Part shown: piece by piece, positions 58,331 to 64,000 of the stretch
How the letters are laid out: every line of letters begins with the position of its first letter
How positions within the stretch are numbered: position 1 is the stretch's first letter
From: Armatimonadota bacterium
GTDB lineage: Bacteria; Armatimonadota; Zipacnadia; Zipacnadales; UBA5352
DNA: 64,000 nucleotides
Direction: 5' to 3'
Assembly (NCBI GenBank): GCA_034722055.1
Contig: JAYENL010000173.1
Location: 13,440-77,439, forward strand
The notes under the pieces: model-generated
The model's input: only the letters and a program-made list of their open reading frames with translations
Database searches by the model: none
What the model was told of the DNA's origin: nothing
Translations under genes and position numbers: made by a program

Positions 58331-58753
58331 ATGGAACAGCGGCGGGAGCGGATGCTGGCCGTGGCGGGGCTGCTGGTCGTGATCGCCATCACGGCGGCAC
58401 AGGTCGCCCTGGTCATCATGCACATGTTCGTCCCCATGGTTGAGGTCGCCGACCGTCTCACGCGCGAGGAGTCCTACGCGTCCGCACAGGGCCCGGATCG
58501 GACGGTGCAGCGGCTGGGGGATGCTGCGGGGAGTCCCTGGCGGTGGCTGTCGCTTGCGCTGACGGTGGTGGCCGCGGCGACCACAGCCTATGCCGTGTTT
58601 CGTCTTCACCGCTCGCGGGCGGCGGTCCTCCGGTGGGCCTGGGTGGTGCGCACGGGGGTCATGCTCATTCCGCTGGGCCTGATCGTCTTCTGGATGCTCA
58701 GTGGCCCCGCACTGTGGTATCGGGACTTCTTCGGCCAGGGCGCCGGCCCGTAG
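58331..58753 (+). CDS. Three-TM membrane protein, paralog of 59043-59501
   Basis: MEQRRE...HMFVP...DR...SPWRW...RL...RWAWV...AGP; start could be 58304. Confidence 0.65.
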   Translation: MEQRRERMLAVAGLLVVIAITAAQVALVIMHMFVPMVEVADRLTREESYASAQGPDRTVQRLGDAAGSPWRWLSLALTVVAAATTAYAVFRLHRSRAAVLRWAWVVRTGVMLIPLGLIVFWMLSGPALWYRDFFGQGAGP

Positions 58754-58908
58754 TGCTCACGTGTCGAAGTCGTCAGATGCTGATCACGAGCACAGTCGGC
58801 TGTTTGGTTGCTGGGAGGACGGGCGGCATTCCGGTGGCGGGACAGGACCGCGGTCCGGCTCGCTGCTGCCCCCTGCGGAACGTGGGATGCTTTGCATCTC
58901 CGGCCGTT

Positions 58909-58974
58909 CCCATGCCGTACGGAGGGGCGGGCTTCCTTGCCCGCCCACGCCATCGCCCATGCCGTATGGAGGGG
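58909..58974 (+). repeat. Tandem REP-like units
   Basis: CCCATGCCGTAYGGAGGGG at 58909 and 58956; the first is followed by the hairpin GGGCGGGC..GCCCGCCC. Confidence 0.7.
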
Positions 58975-59042
58975 GTGCGGCCTCAGATTGTCGGTTGCGG
59001 GCGGGCCGATAGCCGAGACCATCCGCCGCGAGGTGGGCGGAG

Positions 59043-59501
59043 ATGGAGGAGGACAGGCGCGAGGAGCTGATCTCGCTCGGCGCGCTGCTGCTGATACTGC
59101 TCCTGCTCGCCGGGGACGCGACTCTGCTCGCCACGCACCTGTGGGTGCCGCTGGCGCGCGCCATGGACCGCGTGACGGTTGAGCAGGAGGCCCCGCCGGC
59201 GGAGCGTGACTTCCCCGCCGAGCCCGCTCCGACTCCCGCCACCCGCTGGGAGGTGGTCCGCGAGCCCAGCCCCTGGGTGTGGGCGGTGATCGCCATCACG
59301 CTGGTGGCCACGGCCCTCGTGATCGTGGCCGCCCTCCGCCTGCAGCAGGGCACCACCGAGCGGGGGCGCTGGCTGTGGGTGCTGCTGATGGGCGGCCTGG
59401 TCATCATCTGGAGCGTATTGACAGCCTGGCTGATGACCCGCCAGGCCTTCATGTTCGAGCGCATCATCACCCGGCCGGGGCCCGCCGGCCCGCAGCTGTG
59501 A
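59043..59501 (+). CDS. Three-TM membrane protein, paralog of 58331-58753
   Basis: MEEDRRE...HLWVP...DR...SPWVW...RL...RWLWV...AGP. Confidence 0.7.
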   Translation: MEEDRREELISLGALLLILLLLAGDATLLATHLWVPLARAMDRVTVEQEAPPAERDFPAEPAPTPATRWEVVREPSPWVWAVIAITLVATALVIVAALRLQQGTTERGRWLWVLLMGGLVIIWSVLTAWLMTRQAFMFERIITRPGPAGPQL

Positions 59502-59514
59502 GGAACGTCGCGCC

Positions 59515-60354
59515 ATGCTGGACGTGCTCCGGGACATCGCTCAGCGCAAGCACGAGGAGGTGCGCGCGCAGCGGCAGGAGCTGCCCCAGCATGAGATCGT
59601 GCAGCGGTCGCTGGAGGGCCGGGAGCCCCGCCGCAACCTTCGGGCGGCACTCTCCGGTCCCGAGCTGCGCCTGATCGCCGAGGTCCGCCGACCGCCCCCC
59701 GATGCCCTCCGTGCGAGCCTGATGTTCGATCCGCGCTTCGTGGCTCAGGAGTTGGCCGGGGCGGGAGCCGCGGCGCTGAGCGTGTTCACCGACGACCCGG
59801 AGGTCGGCACCGAGGCGCACCTGCTCCGCCGCGCGCGGCGGTACATGGCCCTCCCGGTCATCGCCTGGGACTATTTCGTGGACGAGTACCAGGTCTACCG
59901 GGCCTGGGACGACGGTGCCGACGCCGTGGCGCTGATCGTGGGCCTTGTCGATGACGATACGCTCCAGCAGATGGTGCGGGCGGCCCGCAAGCTGCGCATG
60001 CAGCCCGTGCCCGTCATCCGCGACAACTTCGAGCTGGACAGCGCCCTCGCCGCCGGGGCAGAGATACTGGCCGTCGAGAACCGTGACTACGACACAGGCG
60101 AGGCCGACCTGTCGGTGACGCAGCGCCTGGCGCGGCACATTCCGGGGCAGGTGCTGCTGGTCTCCGCGCATGGCATCACCGGCCGCGATGACGCCGAGGG
60201 CGCGGCCGCGGCCGGCGCCGACGCGGCGCTGTTCGAGCCGCCGCACGACTACGAGCGGGCCGGCGATGCCATCCGTGGCCTGCGCGGCGTCGCCGCTCCG
60301 GGCCGCGATGAGACTGGCAGGCCGCGGGCGCCCCGTGAGGTCGAGGAGGACTGA
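59515..60354 (+). CDS. Indole-3-glycerol phosphate synthase-like protein with degenerate active site
   Basis: LIAEV, GAAALSVFTD, GADAVALIV and ENRD show the TrpC fold, but catalytic Lys/Glu residues are replaced. Confidence 0.8.
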   Translation: MLDVLRDIAQRKHEEVRAQRQELPQHEIVQRSLEGREPRRNLRAALSGPELRLIAEVRRPPPDALRASLMFDPRFVAQELAGAGAAALSVFTDDPEVGTEAHLLRRARRYMALPVIAWDYFVDEYQVYRAWDDGADAVALIVGLVDDDTLQQMVRAARKLRMQPVPVIRDNFELDSALAAGAEILAVENRDYDTGEADLSVTQRLARHIPGQVLLVSAHGITGRDDAEGAAAAGADAALFEPPHDYERAGDAIRGLRGVAAPGRDETGRPRAPREVEED

Positions 60355-60356
60355 CC

Positions 60357-61040
60357 GTGAGCGACGGACGTGACGAGATCATTCCGATCATCGATCACGC
60401 TGTGCTGGCGCCAGATTGCACGCGCGGCGATGTCGTCGAGGCCTGTGAGCTTGGGGCTGAGGTGGGCGTCGCCGGGGTGTGCGTGCTTCCCCGCTGGGTG
60501 GAGCTGGCGGCCGACGTACTGGAGGGGACGGCTGTCCGGCCCGGCACCGTGGTCGGTTTTCCCCTTGGCGCGAGTACCAGCAACGTGAAGGCCTTCGAGG
60601 CCCGGCAGGCGGCCTCACATGGCGCTGACGAGATCGACATGGTGCTGGCCGTCACGGCGCTGAAATCCGGCGACACAACGGCGGTGCTGGACGACGTCGC
60701 GGCCGTGGTGGGCGGCGTCTATGTGGCATCCGCGGAGACGCCGGTGGTCAAGGTCATTCTGGAGTGCTGCTACCTCACTGATGACGAGAAGCGCACCGCG
60801 GTGGAGCTGGCAGTGGAGGCCGGCGCGGACTTCGTCAAGACCTCCACCGGCTTCGGTCCTGAGGGCGCCACCGTCGAGGACGTGCGGCTGCTGCGGCAGG
60901 TCGCGCCTGACGAGGTGGGCGTGAAGGCCGCCGGCGGCATCCGCACGGTGGCGGACGCCCGCGCCATGATCGAGGCCGGCGCCAGCCGCATCGGCACCAG
61001 CTCCACGCGCTCTATGGCCCAGGAGCTGGGAGTGCTGTAG
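60357..61040 (+). CDS. deoC: Deoxyribose-phosphate aldolase
   Basis: IDHAVL, VGFPLG, GADEIDMV, FVKTSTGF, VKAAGGIR and RIGTS. Confidence 0.95.
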   Translation: MSDGRDEIIPIIDHAVLAPDCTRGDVVEACELGAEVGVAGVCVLPRWVELAADVLEGTAVRPGTVVGFPLGASTSNVKAFEARQAASHGADEIDMVLAVTALKSGDTTAVLDDVAAVVGGVYVASAETPVVKVILECCYLTDDEKRTAVELAVEAGADFVKTSTGFGPEGATVEDVRLLRQVAPDEVGVKAAGGIRTVADARAMIEAGASRIGTSSTRSMAQELGVL

Positions 61041-61113
61041 GGCGCGCAGCCATGCCGTGCTGCGCCCGTCGCAGGTCGCTGACACCCATCCCGGACCGTA
61101 GGAGGCCGCTCGA

Positions 61114-61923
61114 ACGCCCACCTATGCCGCCACCGGCGTGACCCTCGTTGCCCGCGCCTTCCGGGGCACCGGGCGCATGGTCAGCTTCTACACTCGCGAG
61201 CGGGGGCTGGTGGAGGCGGCTGCGCGCGGCGTCGGCAGGCCCGGAAGCTCCCTGGCACCTGCCGTGGAGGTCTTCACGCTCTCCAAGCTCTTCCTCGCCG
61301 AGGGCAGGGGCGCCGACCGCCTCACCCAGGCGGAGGTCATGGAGTCCTTCTACGAGCTGCGGCGGGACATGACCCGCTACGCTTACGCTGCCGTGGCCTG
61401 TGAGCTGATCCTGCGAACGACCGAGCCCGGCCAGGCGATTCCCGGCCTCTTCGAGACCCTCGTGGACTACCTGCGCGCCATGCAGGAGACCTCCCATCCT
61501 CGGCTGCTGAGCTGGGCCTTCGAGCTGGCCTACCTGGAGATGAGCGGCCTGGCGCCGGTGCTGGGCCGCTGTGCGCGCTGCGAGCGGCCCATCGTCGGTG
61601 GTGTCTACGTGCCGGCGCACGGTGGGCTGTTGTGTGCCGAGTGCGTTCCGGAGCTGGGCGAGGGCCGCCACATCTCCCCCGGCACCGCCCGGACGCTTGC
61701 GGCCATGCGCGCCTTCGACCTGGACCGCCTGGACCGCCTCCGGATGCCCCAGGCCGCGGCGGCGGAGATCGCCGGCCTGCTGCGCGATCACGTGCGATAC
61801 CACCTGGAGGTGAGCCTGAAGGCCGAGAAGTTCGTCGAGAGTCTGGGGCAGTGGCGGAAATCACCCGCTCCGCCTCGACCGAGTGACAAGGAGCCGCGCA
61901 GAGGTGACGCGCATGACCAATGA
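61114..61923 (+). CDS. recO: DNA repair protein RecO (probable ACG start; first canonical start GTG 61138)
   Basis: PTYAATGVTL, YTRERG..A.ARG, LTQAE, FEL..L...G..P and CARC...CAEC. Confidence 0.9.
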   Translation, partial: TPTYAATGVTLVARAFRGTGRMVSFYTRERGLVEAAARGVGRPGSSLAPAVEVFTLSKLFLAEGRGADRLTQAEVMESFYELRRDMTRYAYAAVACELILRTTEPGQAIPGLFETLVDYLRAMQETSHPRLLSWAFELAYLEMSGLAPVLGRCARCERPIVGGVYVPAHGGLLCAECVPELGEGRHISPGTARTLAAMRAFDLDRLDRLRMPQAAAAEIAGLLRDHVRYHLEVSLKAEKFVESLGQWRKSPAPPRPSDKEPRRGDAHDQ

Positions 61924-63670
61924 CGAGGTCGCGGAACGACTGCAGCAGATCGCGCTGCTGCTGCAGATCGAGGACGCCAACGTCTTCCGCGTCCGCAGCT
62001 ACGAGCGGGCCGCAGAGGCTGTCCGTGGGCTGGGTCAGGAGCTGGCGGCGGTCCGCCGGAGCGAGGAGGGGCTGCAGGGCATCCCCGGCATCGGGGAGGC
62101 CATCGCCGAGAAGATCGAGGAGCTGCTGGACACCGGCGAGCTGGCGTACCTGAATGAGCTGCTCGCGAGGTACCCGGTCGGCTTCCTGGAGCTGCTGGAG
62201 GTCCCGGGGTTGGGGCCCAAGCGCGCCGCGCTGGTCTACCGGGAGCTGGGCGTGGGCAGCGTGGATGAGCTGGAGGAGGCCTGCGTCCGGGAGCAGGTCC
62301 GGGAGCTCAAGGGCATGGGTGCGAAAAGCGAGCAGAAGCTCCTCCAGGCCATCGAGAGCTACTGGCAGGGCCGCCAGCGTGCCCTGCTGGGCGCCATCCT
62401 GCCGGAGGCGGAGAGTCTGGTGGCCTGGCTGCGCGATCTCCCGGAGGTCATCCACGCCGATTACGCCGGCAGCGCCCGGCGAGGCCGAGAGACGGTCGGC
62501 GACCTCGATCTGCTGGCCACCTCCGTGGACCCCGGCGCGGTCTGCGAGGCCTTCGCGGCGTCGGGACAGCTCGCCGAGGTGGCCCTGGCGGGGGAGACCA
62601 AGGTCAGCGGGCGGCTGCCCGGCGGCCGGCAGGCGGACCTGCGGGTGGTGGAGCCGCAGAGCTGGGGTGCGGCCCTGTGCTACTTCACCGGCTCGCAGCA
62701 GCACAACATCCGCCTGCGGGAGCGAGGCCAGACGATGGGCCTGAAGGTCAATGAGTACGGGGTTTTCCGAGCCCCCGAGGGCGAGGAGGAGGATCTGGAG
62801 GGGGAGCGGATCGCCGGCGACACGGAGGAGAGCGTCTACGAGGCGCTGGAGCTGCCCTGGATCCCGCCGGAGCTGCGCGAGGATCGCGGCGAGATCGCGG
62901 CGGCCGAGGCCGGCGAGCTCCCGGACTTGATCGAGCTGGAGCACATCCGCTGCGACCTGCACGTGCACAGCACCTACACCGACGGCCGTGCCACCATCGA
63001 GCAGCTCGCCGACGCGGCGCGCCATCGCGGCTACTCCCACCTCGGCATCAGCGACCACTCCGCATCGCTCTACGTCGCCGGCGGCATCGGCGCGGCGGGC
63101 GTCCGGTGCCAGCGCGAGGAGATCGACGCCCTCAACGCCCGCTTCGCCGAGGAGGGAGCCGACTTTCGCCTGCTGCTGGGCTATGAGGCGGACATCACGC
63201 CCGACGGCGGCCTGGACCTCGACGACGAGATCTTCGAGCTGGTGGACTACGTGGCCGGTGCCATCCACCAGGGGATGTCAGCCGACGCCGACCGCATGAC
63301 CGCGCGCGTGGTCAGGGCGCTGGGTACCGGTCGCATGGACATCCTTGCCCATCCCACCGGGCGGCTGCTGCTGGAGCGCGACCCCTACGGCCTGCATGTC
63401 GGCGAGGCGATCGACGCCGCCGCGGAGATGGACGTGGTCCTCGAGATCTCCGCCACGCCCAATCGTCTGGACCTCTCGGACGTGCACAGCCGCGTGGCCC
63501 AGGACCGGGGGGCGCTGCTGTCGATCAACACCGACGCCCATGCCCTGCAGCACCTGGACTTCATGCGCTACGGCGTCATCACCGCCCGCCGGGGGTGGAT
63601 CGAGCCGAAGACCGTCATCAACACCTGGCCGCTGGCGAAGCTCGAGGAGTGGCTGCAGGGACGCCGGTAG
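61913..63670 (+). CDS. polX: DNA polymerase X / PHP 3'-5' exonuclease
   Basis: MTNDEVA, AGSARRGRETVGDLD, YFTGS..HN, DLHVHS, AHPTGR and NTDAH. Confidence 0.95.
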   Translation: MTNDEVAERLQQIALLLQIEDANVFRVRSYERAAEAVRGLGQELAAVRRSEEGLQGIPGIGEAIAEKIEELLDTGELAYLNELLARYPVGFLELLEVPGLGPKRAALVYRELGVGSVDELEEACVREQVRELKGMGAKSEQKLLQAIESYWQGRQRALLGAILPEAESLVAWLRDLPEVIHADYAGSARRGRETVGDLDLLATSVDPGAVCEAFAASGQLAEVALAGETKVSGRLPGGRQADLRVVEPQSWGAALCYFTGSQQHNIRLRERGQTMGLKVNEYGVFRAPEGEEEDLEGERIAGDTEESVYEALELPWIPPELREDRGEIAAAEAGELPDLIELEHIRCDLHVHSTYTDGRATIEQLADAARHRGYSHLGISDHSASLYVAGGIGAAGVRCQREEIDALNARFAEEGADFRLLLGYEADITPDGGLDLDDEIFELVDYVAGAIHQGMSADADRMTARVVRALGTGRMDILAHPTGRLLLERDPYGLHVGEAIDAAAEMDVVLEISATPNRLDLSDVHSRVAQDRGALLSINTDAHALQHLDFMRYGVITARRGWIEPKTVINTWPLAKLEEWLQGRR

Positions 63671-63775
63671 AGCCGAGGCTGGCGCCGTCGCCGAGGCGTG
63701 TGGTCGGGGCACGCCCCAGCCGGCCGGGTCGCGGGGCAGGCAACCTGCCCTTCGCCCTTCCGTGGGACGGACACT

Positions 63776-63803
63776 CAAGCTGCAAGCCGCAAGCCACAAG
63801 CTC
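63776..63803. repeat. Heptamer tandem repeat (CAAGCYN x4)
   Basis: CAAGCTG CAAGCCG CAAGCCA CAAGCTC. Confidence 0.75.
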
Positions 63804-63829
63804 ACGACAAACGACGGCCGCTGCCGTTC

Positions 63830-63855
63830 CGTGGCACGGACACTCCTGTCCGTGC
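63830..63855 (+). repeat. REP-like palindrome with a half copy at about 63760
   Basis: CGTGGCACGGAC-ACTCCT-GTCCGTGC; CCGTGGGACGGACACTC upstream. Confidence 0.65.
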
Positions 63856-63881
63856 GCCGTTCTCCGTCAGATCAACACCCA

Positions 63882-64000
63882 ATTGACATAGGTAGGCCCT
63901 CACGGGCTGTCCCTGTCACACCACCGTGCGTACGGGTCCGTACACGGCGGTTCGATCAGATTGAGGCTGCGTCCCTGACGCGCAGTTGTGGCAGGCCCAG
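63882..64000 (-). mobile_element. 3' end of a group II intron (class IIC): last codons of the RT/maturase ORF, domain V and domain VI
   Basis: Minus strand: ...LGLPQLRVRDAASI* (stop 63956-58), then GAACCGCCGTGTACGGACCCGTACGCACGGTGGTGTGACAGG (DV, CGC triad), and DVI ending in TCAAT. Confidence 0.9.

Noticed and set aside
58909..58974. Direct repeats here and at 7004-7072 as a mini CRISPR array
   Set aside because: Only two short units each, palindromic spacers and no cas genes; better explained as REPs

Overview
High-GC (roughly 70% by eye) bacterial chromosome segment, mostly housekeeping and carbohydrate-catabolic genes. The lineage may be Armatimonadota-like; this is a weak inference from the prepilin motif, the pknB cluster and the many large secreted glycan enzymes. 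About 42 CDS are supported. They include secreted glycan-active proteins (heparinase II/III-like, GH20/GH84-like, LamG-GH112, DUF4091-like, YetA/RGLX-like) and corrinoid methyltransferase-related genes (MttB-like, UroD/MtaA-like, CobW, DUF1638-hydantoinase). Also present are a fhaA-fhaB-rodA-pbpA-pknB cluster lacking its phosphatase, tmRNA (tag ANTNLALAA), a trpC-like/deoC/recO/polX operon and several REP-like repeat families. The 3' end of a group IIC intron lies at the right edge. The most unusual items are: (1) an orphan two-gene BREX-like module (BrxA-like plus DUF6079/BrxC-like ATPase) with no methylase or PglZ nearby; (2) directly downstream of it, a terminator-ended hairpin carrying the prepilin RRAFTLIELL coding motif, which could be an antisense RNA or an insertion scar; (3) a TrpC homologue lacking its catalytic residues; (4) recO apparently starting at ACG; (5) a glycan gene frameshifted in a G9 tract; (6) a DUF2330-membrane-pseudopilin-propeller fusion. 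All family calls come from motif recognition by eye; no database searches were run.
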